Shown in pieces: positions 1 through 13,999 of a stretch of 64,000 bases of DNA. The notes beneath the pieces were generated by a model. That model made no database searches, was not told where the DNA came from, and saw nothing but the letters and a program-made list of their open reading frames with translations. This DNA comes from Octopus vulgaris. Its lineage: Eukaryota. The translations under genes and the position numbers were made by a program. The number at the start of each line of letters is the position of its first letter. The first letter of the stretch is position 1. The stretch covers positions 42,222,001 to 42,286,000 of the forward strand of contig OX597822.1 of NCBI GenBank assembly GCA_951406725.2, read 5' to 3'.

Positions 1-265
1 TAACTCTAAAACCACATTAAATGTTCGTACAGCACAAGGAGAGAAGACAAAGAGACAAAATAAACTACCCAAAACTTATTGGATAATTCCAGATCCCGGA
101 TTTCTGACTCTGCATAAGAAATGCTCTGCATTCATCAGTGGAATATACTCAGAAAGCACATATGTTTTCACTCAATAAACACACACAACGCCCGGTCAGG
201 GATCGAAACCGCGATCCTCCGACCGTGAGTCTGCTGCCCTAACCACTGGGCCATTGCGCCTCCAT

Positions 266-306
<41 letters not shown>

Positions 307-419
307 CATACATACACGCACACACATATAGATAAATATATACATACATACATATTTATATATATATGCACACAGGCACACACACACACACACATATATA
401 TATACATATAGGTACATAA

Positions 420-463
<44 letters not shown>

Positions 464-575
464 GCACACACATATATAGATACATACATTCATAAATACA
501 TACATACATACATACGTACGTACGTACGCACGCATGCATGTATGTATGTATGTATGTATTTATGTATGTATGTAT

Positions 576-1819
576 TTAGGGAACCAATTTACTTTTTTTC
601 AGTTTTTGACAAAGCAAAATAGTTATATTTCGGGTCCGGGCATGGCAATGCAATAGTAAAGGAAGTACAGTTATGACACTAACACATATATTCGATAGGA
701 CCACCTCCGTTTCGAATCACAGCCTTAAGTCTAGATGCGAATGCTTCACACGCGGCGCGCACCTCTTCTTGCGGAATCGAAGCCCATTCCTGGCGCATTT
801 TACCTTCAGAGCGTCGAGCGAAGCATGAAGAGTGCTCAAAACCTACGTCTCCAAAATGGGTCGAACAAAGAAATCCAAGGGTTTGAGATCGGGGCTTCTT
901 GAAAGTGAAACCTCCCTGCCTATGAACGACATAATGTTTTTTCTGAATCTAGTATTGTGTCTGTTTGGAGTTGTTAGATGGTGCTGAGTCCTGTTGGAGG
1001 CTCCAAGGGGTGCCTTCAAAATGCTCATTTGCTCGGGGAAGCAGTTCAGCTTCCAGAATGTCGCTAATGTATCGCTGGGTGTTAATTTTAACACCCAAGG
1101 GCACAAAAACAAAGAGAAACCTTCCAGTGGCTCTCACAGCCGCCCAAGCCACAACTGACTGGATTTTGACGTCAGTTTACGAATCTACCCTCGACAGATC
1201 CAGATACACTCCAAAGTCAGTCATTCTGGTGGTTTATTGTCTGTTTGATGTCAAATTTCTTTTCATCAGTGAAACTCTAGGTTGTGCAGCGTATCTTCAG
1301 CAATCTGATGCAGGATAAGACGACTTCTCTCCAGTCTCATGGCCTTATAAACATGCGTGAACTCATGACGGTGGATCATCGTGTAGAGATGGTCCTGAGA
1401 TACTCTTTCTGCATTCGATACATCGATGTTCAGCTTATTTTGCTGTGGCAGCAAGACTAGGATTTCGCCATGTCTTTTCTCTGGTACTTTTGAGAAGCTG
1501 AGGGGTCCGTACACTTTTTTTTTCGGCCATTTCCAAGTCGATCAGCGGTGAAACCGGTCTCTTGAAATTCCTGGACAATTCGATTGATTTTAAGCTTTTT
1601 TGTTATAGCTGTATTACTTTCGCTTCTTTTGTGGAGGGTTATGATTGTATTTCGGTCTATAGCCATTATCTAATTTACAAATCTGAATTTATTTTGTCTG
1701 AAACAAAAAGAAGACACACTAAACTTTTAAAATGATGTATAATTTTCATATCTTATCACATTTATTAATTGTTATTAAAGCCTGAAATTTCGGTTGCCTA
1801 AATTTCGGGATACCCTGTG
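576..1819 (-). mobile_element. degenerate Tc1/mariner-type DNA transposon
   Basis: Frameshifted transposase pieces: MAIDRNTIITLHK.. (HTH), QQDSAP, SPDLKPLDFFV. Imperfect terminal repeats tttagg(g/c)aacc. Confidence 0.75.
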
Positions 1820-1829
1820 TGTGTATAAA

Positions 1830-3068
1830 TAAATTGTCGTCTAAATTACGCAAAAAATGAAAATAACACTGACATCTCATTTTAATAGATATATCCACCA
1901 AAATTATATAAAAATATCTTGAAATACTAAAGAGTAAATTTATTCAATAAAACCACCATTGGCTTCGACCACAGCCTCCAGACGACTTCGGAATTTTCTG
2001 CAACTCTTCTGGACTGTCTCCTTGTTTAAGTTGATGAATGCTGCCATAATCCTTGCCTTCAGTTCATCTAACAAGGAGTTTTGTTGGTCTGTCGCTCAAC
2101 TGGGCCCCATACATAATAATCAAAGGGGTGCTCCTGCATGTGTGACATAGTGCAGAATCCTGTTGCTAGACAAAGGGTATTCCAATAGCCACCATCTTGA
2201 CCCAGGGCAGCACTACCTCCTCCAATCACTTGATGTAGGCCTCCGTATTGAGTCTGAGGCCGTGTGGGAAGATGACTGGAGGCATAATGTGGCCATCACT
2301 AATGATCACTCCAAACACCATGATGTTGACTGGATGCTTGATTTTTATCATTCTCGCTACATGTTTTGGGGACACGGCAAACCAAGGGTTGTTCTGTGTG
2401 TTCACCATCTGATCCTGGCCGAAAATTTTCTCGCCTGAGAAAGACCAAAGCATGTTCTGTTGGAGGGGGTGCTTGAATTTGTTCAAAAGCTTTGTAGCGC
2501 AGTCTTTCCTCTTGTCCTTGATGGCTTAGGGTAAAAATTGGCCCTTTCTCATCTCGTATGAGGAATACCTATTTCTTTATTACCCACAAGGGGCTAAACA
2601 CAGAGGGGACAAACAAGGACAGACATGAGGAATACCAATTGTCTTCATGCATTACCTACCTGAAAAGAAACCTAGACACTGCCATATCCCTGGCGATGGA
2701 CCTGATTGACTTGGAGGGATCGTTGTCAATCATGGTCTGGATCTCACCAACAAATTCGGGAGTTCTTTTATTATCAGAATGATCAGAGTGAGTTTTCCGA
2801 GCTGTTGTACCTTCGTAATCCCCATTTCATCTCTTTCCGAATCGTCTGCACTGTTCTCACATTGACACTCAAACACTCTGAAATGTTCGTATTGCAGCAC
2901 AGCAGGTCGTTTCCGAATTTCTGGCTGAGTGAACTGCGTCATGGTATTGTTTCTCTCACAGACGGTGTTCAGCTGACCCTACTAAACTGTGTAGTCGACA
3001 AAATCAAAAACGAACAATGTGTATGCGCGAAATTAAAAATATAAAATGGCGACAATTTACCCATCGCG

Positions 3069-3071
<3 letters not shown>
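1830..3071 (-). mobile_element. second degenerate Tc1/mariner-type transposon
   Basis: Pieces MIKIKHPVNIMVFGVIISDG..MPP and PFDYYVWG. Inverted ends taaattgtcg. Confidence 0.7.
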
Positions 3072-3141
<70 letters not shown>

Positions 3142-3194
3142 TATATATATGTATGTGCGTCTGTGTGTGTGTGGCATTCATTAACGAAAGATCA

Positions 3195-3253
<59 letters not shown>

Positions 3254-3904
3254 TATCGCATCCAAATCCAAGACGACGTATGATGAGTGTTCAGTGTTTG
3301 CTGAACGACCTGCATAAATGATTTGTTTGTAGTGATCAAATGTATGCTCTGTACATTAACTGACTGGCTCCTTCAAATCGGCCACTGTCTAGGTGCACGG
3401 CGTACCAAATGCCAGGCGCCGGAGTGATCGAAGAGCAACGTGAGATGAAGTGTTTTGGTGAAGAACACAACACTCAGTCCTTAGAAGAAGAAAAAAATCA
3501 CACAGAACAACCAAGGCTTTGGTCAGCTCAGAGCTATAGTAGAAGACACTCGCCGAAAGTACTGCGCAATGAGACCGAAACCAAAACCACATGGTTGGAA
3601 AGCAAGCTTCTTAGCTACACGACCACGCCTGCATCTATATACATTTGTTTCTCTGGGAAAGGAGTGGTATATAACATAATGATTAAACAATAATGAAATA
3701 ATAATAATAATAATGAAATTATTGTATACAGTGCTCAGGTGCACCATAAGGGAGCAATAACAATTAATATCATAATTTATTAAAAATTCTACTAATCTCA
3801 CTGTCCCCTCCCCACCCCGCTAAGTCCCAGGAGGATTCACACTTGCTAACTTTGACCAGCATTGATTTGAACGTAATCTTTAAATGCTGTTTATGTCTGA
3901 TCCT

Positions 3905-4060
3905 ATTTCTATGGCAACAGTTGGCCAACAAACAATTCGAACTCCCGCCCGGGGATTGTCAACCTTAAATTACTTTTCTTATACACTTGAGTGGTGTGTG
4001 TGTGAGTATATGTGTGTGTGAGAGAGAGAAAGCAAGAGAGAGAGAGACAGAGAGAGAGAG

Positions 4061-4100
<40 letters not shown>

Positions 4101-4452
4101 ACACACAAATCCGGTGTACACACACACGTGAACTCCTCACCTCCTTCTACATCCCTTAAACTCTCTCCCTTATTATGTACACTAAATGTGTGTGTGTTTA
4201 AGTGAGAATCTATAACAATGGTTGATACATGTAACCACTTGCTTAAGCTATTTCGCCAATCATTAATACAAAACATCTCGTTGCTAACCAAACATTGCGT
4301 GCATATGAATGCGAAGGAGTGTGTTGTGTAGGAAAACTGTTGCTGTTGTTGTTGTTGCTAGGTAACCTCCAACAGAGAGCCAACAATCCTAGAGTAGAAG
4401 GGACAGAGAGGGATGAAGGAGGGACACCAACAAGTGTCTGTTGCTCTGCAAC
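3905..4452. promoter_or_regulatory. cluster of RFX X-box-like motifs upstream of alpha-tubulin
   Basis: ATTTCTATGGCAAC (3905-3918), GTTGCTAGGTAAC (4354-4366) and GTTGCTCTGCAAC (4440-4452) resemble the X-box GTTGCCATGGCAAC. Confidence 0.45.
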
Positions 4453-4627
4453 TGTCAGGTGACAACTTGTTATAACTTGTCTACCCTGGCTTTACATACA
4501 CACGCACGCACGCACAGGTGCGTGTTTAGTTCAAATAGAAAATGCAGGGAGATCTTAATGGACAAAGGCCAGAAGCATGTGGACACATGAAATTAATTAT
4601 GTACATATTATATATACATACATTAAG

Positions 4628-4660
<33 letters not shown>

Positions 4661-4919
4661 AGCGTGAGCGCGCGCGTATCTATGTATGTGTGTTGTTACA
4701 TACATACACATGCATACATAATTAAATACATGCATGCACTCATACATACATACATACATACATACACACTCACACACATACATACATACATACATACATG
4801 CATGCATGCATACATACATACATACATACATACATACATACATACATACATACACACTCACACACATACATACATAAATACATGCATGCATGCATACATA
4901 CATACATACATACATACAT

Positions 4920-4980
<61 letters not shown>
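4628..4980. repeat. compound (TG)n/(TACA)n/(CA)n microsatellite; similar (TA)n, (CA)n, (GATA)n and (GA)n arrays occur throughout the window
   Basis: Directly visible. Other examples at 265-575, 3072-3245, 5508-5550, 5600-5795, 26570-26990 and 52151-52208. Confidence 0.95.
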
Positions 4981-4981
<1 letters not shown>

Positions 4982-5375
4982 ATAGTGTTATTTACATATA
5001 TCTACATTGACGCAGGAGTGCGGGTAGTTGTCTAGCTGCCATCATCCATTGGTCAATCAAATCACACCCATCCCCCGTTACCACCACCACCACCACCACC
5101 ACCATCTCCTCAGCAACTGTGACGGTGGGGTTTGGGTAAGGTGGATGTGTTGGTTTCCATATAATAAAGCTTAATGTTTGCCGATTCTTGCCATAACTGA
5201 CTCATGCCGGATCACTTTAAGTCCTACTGAGCAGTGACATTCAATCCGTGTGCGCCACCTGTATTTTTTACCTGTTTGCAACAACCCACCTGTATTTTTT
5301 TACCTGTGTGCAACAACCCAGACAAGTCGCAGAAACTATCTAGAACCTTCAACTAAAGTAAATTAAACTGCAAAT

Positions 5376-5378
5376 ATG
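5376..5378 (+). CDS. TUBA: alpha-tubulin coding exon 1 (ATG only)
   Basis: caaatATG|gtaagt: a strong donor directly after the ATG. Metazoan alpha-tubulins have an intron after codon 1. Joins in phase 0 to exon 2 (RECISIHV). Confidence 0.85.
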
Positions 5379-5506
5379 GTAAGTCTGTTTTACCAGGGCT
5401 GTATTATATATAGTTTGGTTAATATGGCTACGTAGGGTTGAGTGGATCTGCAAATTCATAGGTGTCTGCGGATATCAGTTACTAGAACGTATGCTTATAT
5501 ACATAG

Positions 5507-5551
<45 letters not shown>

Positions 5552-5611
5552 ACTGTATTGACCAGATTATGAAATGTTCTTATACACTGATGGCCACAAT
5601 AGATAGATAGG

Positions 5612-5689
<78 letters not shown>

Positions 5690-5713
5690 AAGATAGAAAG
5701 ATAGAAAGGCAGA

Positions 5714-5794
<81 letters not shown>

Positions 5795-6387
5795 CGTGCT
5801 TAATCACACACGTGCTTATGTGTTGTACATGTATACTTCGCCTTAGAAAATTGTAAGAAGTCTTCCACACCTTTTAATTAATCAGGGCATGTTATTCTCT
5901 TATTCTTTTATATGTTTCAGTCTAATGACAGTGGCCATGCTGGAGCACCGCCATTATTCTATATATTTCAAATTTTACTTGCGACTTGCAAGTTGTTTCA
6001 TCAAGGAAACAGTGAAAAACGCTTCTTGATCTGATTGTATGTCTAAAAATGAATATCTGTGTGAATGGGTATGAGGTATGTGAGGACGCATGGCCTAGTG
6101 GTTAAGGTGTTGCACTCACGATCGTGATTTCGGATCCTAGACTGGGTGGTACGTCGTGTTCTTGAGCAAAACACTTCATTTTACGGCGTTCTGCTAGCAA
6201 CTTCGACACCTGATGCGTTGTATAGTGTGCACCTGGTCAGGATACGTCGATTTGATGTTCGTCGGACAGTTTTGTTAAACTGTTTTTAACAAAACTGTCC
6301 GACGAAAGGGAACGCGAAACTCCGAGTAACAGCTTTTGTTAAATTTCTGCTGCTTTTAAATAAAGTATATATATATATATATATATA

Positions 6388-7465
6388 TGTAGCGGATCTT
6401 GCATGCATGAAGTGGATTCGATCCACCATAGCCAAATTTGAATTAACACTGCAACAGAACTTTTCCCACGGTGGAACAATGGTTCCACAACTCCCATTAG
6501 CTCTAATTCTGTTCTCTTACAACATCATTCTATTTCTCTCTGTAATTGCTACTAAACAATGAAGAGGACACAAACACAAACTTTACTTCTCATGCTTTAG
6601 GATTTATCATAACCTGCCCGTCGAGGCAAATTATTGTAACGTAACGGTAAATGAATATTTCCTTAAAACTTCATGCATTGTTCATCTTTCACATCCTACA
6701 ACATGCCGTTATAATAACAAATTTTTATCGTCACAACGGGTGACCCAGAACAAGAGCATTGCAGCCTTGGCGACCCCAATGTTGCACCATAACAGGCATC
6801 GCTACAAAAATAAAACTTCATCGCTTACAATTGGTAAACCCGTGTAAAGAGAATTACTACCTTCCGATGCTACATGCCGCCGCATTTTTTGCCGACTCGA
6901 ACTAAAGAACTAGAATATCAACAGTCGCTAAATCAAAGAAAGAATGACAACCTTTGTCACCACCAAGAGGCACCCTCCATCGACCTGCTAACAGAAAGCA
7001 CTATACTGCAATGCAATCTACGATGCACTTCACATCTATGCAACACTACACATTCCGCGACGACTCGTTTCACTAAAACAGCTAAATAATGTGCATATCT
7101 TTTTGAATGTTCTTTATTATTATTCACATTTTGCATGTACTTTTTTTTCGTTCACTTTGAAAATGTTTGTATTGTTGCATACACACACGCATGCACCTTT
7201 CCTCAGCACATGGCTTTGCACACACATCTGCACACATTGTTCATACACACATACACGTTGACACTGTCACATTCATGCACCACACCATGCCTTCCTCGCT
7301 TAATTTTCCCCTGTTAGACCCCTGTTTGGTCACGTAATTATCAGAGAAAATCATTTGTCTCGCGCATCACTCCAGCATGCTTACACTGTCGTCCTTGCTA
7401 ACTCAGCAATTAACCACGACATAGGGACTCCTTCATTGATCAAAAGAGGACGATACCCAACTATA
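6388..7465 (+). mobile_element. possible decayed LTR-retrotransposon remnant
   Basis: TGTAGCG...CGCTACA/CGCTTACA termini (6388 to ~6806/6828), an AATAAA, then a TGGTAAACCCG resembling a Gypsy PBS. No coding remnants recognised. Confidence 0.3.
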
Positions 7466-9108
7466 TAGACATGAGTGTATGACTGGTGTTTATTTTATCG
7501 ATTCACAAAGTTAAAGTGTAAATCGGTGAAATTTAACCCCAGAATATAAAGAGTCGTAACTAAATACCACAAGACACGGTGGGTTTTCAGATTAGATGCC
7601 TCGTACCTCAGAAGAAAAGAAATGGTTGTGGAGAGCAAGGGTGGATGACAAAGTATAAAAAACTTTTTAAAAATTGAAACTTTAAAAAAATTGTAATTTT
7701 CGTAGTTACTAAAAAAATTAAGAAAGAAATTATTTTTTCTTCTCCCCATGTAATATGAGGATTCAGTCCCACTGCGTGACACCTTGGACAAGTATCTTGA
7801 GCTATAGCCTTGGGCCGACCGAAACTTTGTGAGTGGATTTGATGGACTGAAAGTGAAACACGCCTCCCCATGTGTATGGTCCCCATCACCACTTGACAAC
7901 CAGTATTGTGCCTTTACATTCACATAACTTAGTGGTTTGGCAAAAATGGCCGATTGAATTAGTACCAGGCTTTAAAAAATGTTAGAACTGGGTTCGATTC
8001 GTTCGACTAAAGTTCTTCAATGCAGTGTCATAGCATGGCCGCAGTCTAATGACTGAAACAAGTAAAAGTTTCAAAATAATCCGAAAGTTTGACCAAAACA
8101 TGTTGTCTGATCCTTTACCAATTCTACCATCCATCCCCTCTGATGCACAGTGACATAGCTAGAATGTGTGCTACCCGAGACAGCTCTTGAGGTTGCCGTT
8201 CCCGCCATTGCCTACAAATCTATTGCAGGTTTGTACAGCAGACCCAAACGTGTGATTCCCATAAAAGCGTTGCGTGGGGCGGAACGATCCCTCACCCTGT
8301 CTCCCTAGCTATGCTACAGTTGGTAGTAACCTCTTCACAGTGCAAAATATTAATATCTTACCCAATAGAAACTTTTTAAACCCTATAATCAAAATCATCC
8401 TATGACTATCTCGTCATCATCCGGTGAATCCTTTCCTAATATGATAGGGACTAATTTGTAGAAAACCGAGTGATCTCGTTTACTCAGAGACTTGGAAAGA
8501 AGAATATAGTCGATTAATTCAATCTCAGTACATAACTGGTATGCATTTTATTAACTAGTGGAGGGAGAAAAGGTAAAACTGACTTGGAAGAATTCCTGAA
8601 TGTAAAGGGAGGTAACTACATACTGCAAAGGTTTGTGTACACACACACATAGCCATACCTACACAAGCTAATCTCCCCGACCCCACTGGCTTTCTTTCCA
8701 CAAAACGTCCAGAAAAATTAATATTTTTAAGATTTTTTTCTTTTTAAAAATATGCGTCATACCGTGCACATTCTGATTATATCGAAATTAGTTATAAATT
8801 TTTTTTCGGAGGTGGGGAGTGGAGTTTCTGAAAATACATTTAAGCTGGCTTTGTTACCTCATAACTTTCCGAAAAAAGGTATCATTTTATGAAACAGAGT
8901 GGATCATACATTTTGAAGGATTAAAAGAGGTCACAGGCTTCCAAATGGTTTCTGTTTACCAAATTTATTGCTACAAGACATTGTCTAGTCAAAACAGTAG
9001 TAAAACACATTTTCCCACGGTGGCATGCAGTGGGACTGAACCTGAAACCAAGTGGTTGCAATGTAAACTTCTTAACCACACATCTATGCCTGTGCCCATA
9101 TGTATGTG

Positions 9109-9141
<33 letters not shown>

Positions 9142-9330
9142 ATACATATACAGATACATACATATACATATGTATATATATGGGTGAAAAATCGAATATT
9201 CTGGCGTTTGCTGAATTTTCTTGAGAACATTCTTTTCTTAGTGGTTAGACCATAGTGGATCTTCTTCTAGCATAATGGATGTCCAATTACAAGTCATCCC
9301 TTTTATATGTATATGTATATATATATGCAT

Positions 9331-10040
9331 ATATGTGTATATACAAATGTGTGTGTATGTATAGACATGCACATACATACACATGCACACACACACACAC
9401 AGCACACATACAATGCACACACACATGCACGTGCGCATACACATGCACTGATGCATAAACAGGTGTACAGGGTTTCTAAAAATTCAAACACTGAGATAAC
9501 AGAAAGTTATAAACATTACAATAGTTTCATTAAGTTACAATAACGATGACATACTTATCACAATTAGATAAAGAAAATATATAAATATTTGTGCTTTGAA
9601 AATGCAACCAAGGTAGTCTTCATTACTTAAATTATTGTCTTCCAATATTTACACATTCCTGTAGTCTGTGCTGAAATGTATTTTGTTTGAAGAAACTAGA
9701 CTACAAGAATGTGTAAATATTGGAAGACAATAATTTAAGTAATGAAGACTACCTTGGTTGCATTTTCAAAGCACAAATATTTATATATTTTCTTTATCTA
9801 ATTGTGATAAGTATGTCATTGTTATTGTAACTTAATGAAACTATTGTAATGTTTATAACTTTCTGTTATCTCAGTGTTTGAATTTTTAGAAACCCTGTAC
9901 ACCTGTTTATGCATCAGTGCATGTGTATGCACACGTGCATGTGTGTGTGTGTGTGCATTGTATGTGTGCTGTATGTGTGTGTGCATGTGTATGTATGTGC
10001 ATGTTTATACATACACACACATTTGTATATACACATGTAT
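9331..10040. repeat. long near-perfect inverted repeat (palindrome) in tubulin intron 1
   Basis: Arms ~9331-9667 and 9698-~10040 with a 30-nt spacer. A third, diverged partial copy lies at ~10213-10365. Confidence 0.95.
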
Positions 10041-10369
10041 ATACACAGTTCTTGGCATGCTTCTCTTATGAATTGTATAATATCATTAACGTTGTATACT
10101 TTCCTTGAAAATACATTATCTTTGAAAACTCTTCAAAACAAGAAGTCCATATTTGATGGTGGGTGTAAAACTAACTCATGTTTTGGGATTTCACATTTAC
10201 ACAAATTGTAAATTGTATGTATGTATAGACATGCACATACACATGCACACACACACACACATATACACATACACACTGATGCATAAACAGGTGTACAGGT
10301 TTTATAAAATTTCAAACATTGAGATAATAGAAAGTTATAATCATTACAATAGTTTCATGAAGTGATTTC

Positions 10370-10830
10370 AGAGTGAAATTATATTAACTCTTGGGAATGT
10401 CTTGGGTAATAGAGAGAAACCATTTCCCCCGAATTCATAGTGTTTATTGCTATGGCACATCTATCATGAATAAAGTCTACTTTCTCTGATTCCACAGTAT
10501 CCCTAGAGTTCATAATTCGTTCTGAATTCACCAAATGGAATTTCAATCAATATCTTTCCTATATTCTGAGCAGGACCATTTCCAAAAAATACTAAAAAGT
10601 CACATCTGTTTTCCTGCCTACTAGAACTTTGCTTTTTGCTAAGTTAGCTTCAAGGTCATTTGATTACAGATTTTGATTCCACATTTGGAATATCTTTTCT
10701 AGTTCTTCTACAGATTCCACTATAAGTTGTTTCCAAGAGCAGTCAGTCTGGATGACTATGATGAATAGGAGACCAAGTACAGAGCCTTAGTGAACTCCTA
10801 CCAGTCTCACCTTCATTACTCTCTCATTTT
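10370..10830 (-). mobile_element. RTE LINE RT fragment in tubulin intron 1
   Basis: VGVH*GSVLGLLFIIVIQ and similarity to ~61580-62200. Confidence 0.6.
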
Positions 10831-11014
10831 CTGTAGACATGTCTCAACGCTAACCAATGGGTCCTTCTTTGTAACGTGTCATTAGAGAGAGATTTGGCTG
10901 ATATTTCTGGCAGTTCACTCAACTCTATAGAAGCACTCTTTTTAGCTTATTTTCTTATTTTTTGTTAATTGATGTATGTCGTTAAATGTATTTACAATTC
11001 TTTCATTAAAATAA

Positions 11015-11263
<249 letters not shown>

Positions 11264-11439
11264 TAATCTGATAGTTTAATTAATTAAACTACGAAAACTC
11301 ACAATTAAACATAAAATTAGTATCCATTTTGAATGCTTAAATGATTCAGCCACTTCCTTCAATCTGAGTTCCTAATTTATAATTGTTAATATATAATATA
11401 AACGATGCCCTGCCATAACTTTTATTGTTAAAAATATGA

Positions 11440-12621
<1,182 letters not shown>

Positions 12622-12639
12622 TTTTTTTTTTTTGTCATG

Positions 12640-12645
12640 AATAAA
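12640..12645 (+). terminator. candidate polyadenylation signal of alpha-tubulin
   Basis: AATAAA ~20 nt after the stop codon, followed by a T-rich downstream region. Confidence 0.55.
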
Positions 12646-12720
12646 CCTGATTCATAGAGAAAGTTTACAATTGTCTTATTTTTCTTTGTATGATTTCAAT
12701 GAATTTATTCCTTTTAAATT

Positions 12721-12910
12721 AAACACTACCTAATATAATACAAATGCCAATAATGTAACCTAGGTACCACTGATGTATTACAAATTCTACTGACATAAAG
12801 CAATTACCACAGACATAACAAAGGTACTATTGACATAACTCAAGCACCACTGGTATAACCCAAGTACCACTGATATAACACAGGTACCACAGATGTATCA
12901 CATGTCTACT
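12721..12910. repeat. 20-bp minisatellite (~9 diverged units)
   Basis: Consensus ~CAAGTACCACTGACATAACA in exact 20-nt phase. Confidence 0.8.
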
Positions 12911-13051
12911 GGGACAATACTTGGGAGTTTGCATTCTGTTTTATTGTATAATTACCTTAAATTACCTAGAAGTGTAGGTCTGACCATCAAGAAAATAGTT
13001 ATCTTTTATGAAGAAAAACATGTAATTAAACCATCTCTTCATAAACTATAC

Positions 13052-13321
13052 TTAACCCTTTAACATTCAGATTACTCTGTCAAATGTAATGCTTATTTAT
13101 TCACAGTTTTGAATTAATCATGCATTACTCTCTTTTACTTGTTTCAGTCATGTGATTGTGGCCATGCTGAAGCATTGCCTTTACTCGAGCAGATTGACCC
13201 CAGGACTTATTCTATCAGCTTCTTTTGCCAAACCACTAAGTTACAGGGACGTAAACACACCTGCATCAGTTGTCAAGCGATGCCAGGGGACAAACATAGA
13301 CACACAAACATATATATATAT

Positions 13322-13384
<63 letters not shown>

Positions 13385-13660
13385 CACACATATATATATG
13401 ACGGACTTCTTTCAGTTTCCGTCTACCAAATCCACTCACAAGGCTTTGGTCGGCCCAAGGTTATAGTAGAAGACACTTGTCCAAGGTGCCACACAGTGGG
13501 ACTGAAATGTCTAGCTCATAGCTTTGAAATTCTGATGTTGTAATTGCTTATTTTTAGAATGACAATGTAGCATAAGTGTGAGAGGTCAGATCTGGCTGGT
13601 TTGGACAATAACCAGATAGAATATTTGGGCTGGATATGGCCAGTTTAAATGCTAAAGGGT
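13052..13660. mobile_element. piggyBac-like MITE with nested SINE
   Basis: Ends TTAA-CCCTTT ... CTAAAGGG. Related copies at ~41724-42040 and ~47456-47671. Confidence 0.6.
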
Positions 13661-13999
13661 CCACTTAATTCAGAGAGACCCCATCCCCTTGTAATGACAC
13701 ACTTCCAAAGAGACAAGTCAGCAACTGTATTCAGGTTAGCAGCTGAAATGTATTATTCCACATGAACCTGTGATTTCTAGCTTTAGGGAAAACTTACTGC
13801 TTAAACACTACATGTAGAACACACGTTTGTGATACCACATTTTCCAGCATATGAATCACGTTTTTGACATTAAAATTTACAGTCGAAAAATGGTAGGTCA
13901 ACTTACATACAGCAAGACAGCTTTGAGGGTCCAAAATCTTCATGTGAAAGGCAGCCGAATTTGAGTAGATAATGATGATATCTAAATATTTATACTATA

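Noticed and set aside
165-264. tRNA genes at SINE heads (also ~32700, 34175, 44170, 53000)
   Set aside because: A/B boxes are present, but each continues into a SINE body, and no complete cloverleaf or terminator is evident.
168-539. Many ORFs rich in YI/CV/HT/ER/LS dipeptides (also 3046-3321, 4526-5035, 45447-46166 and others)
   Set aside because: They are translations of dinucleotide or tetranucleotide microsatellites, not genes.
3695-3750. Second CR1 element
   Set aside because: Only ~50 bp of 3' end remains ((AAT)n + GTATACAGTGCTCAGGTGCAC). It is a severely 5'-truncated relative of the 17633 element and is too short to call beyond that.
12721-12910. CRISPR-like array
   Set aside because: The units are contiguous and diverged with no unique spacers, the context is eukaryotic, and there are no cas genes.
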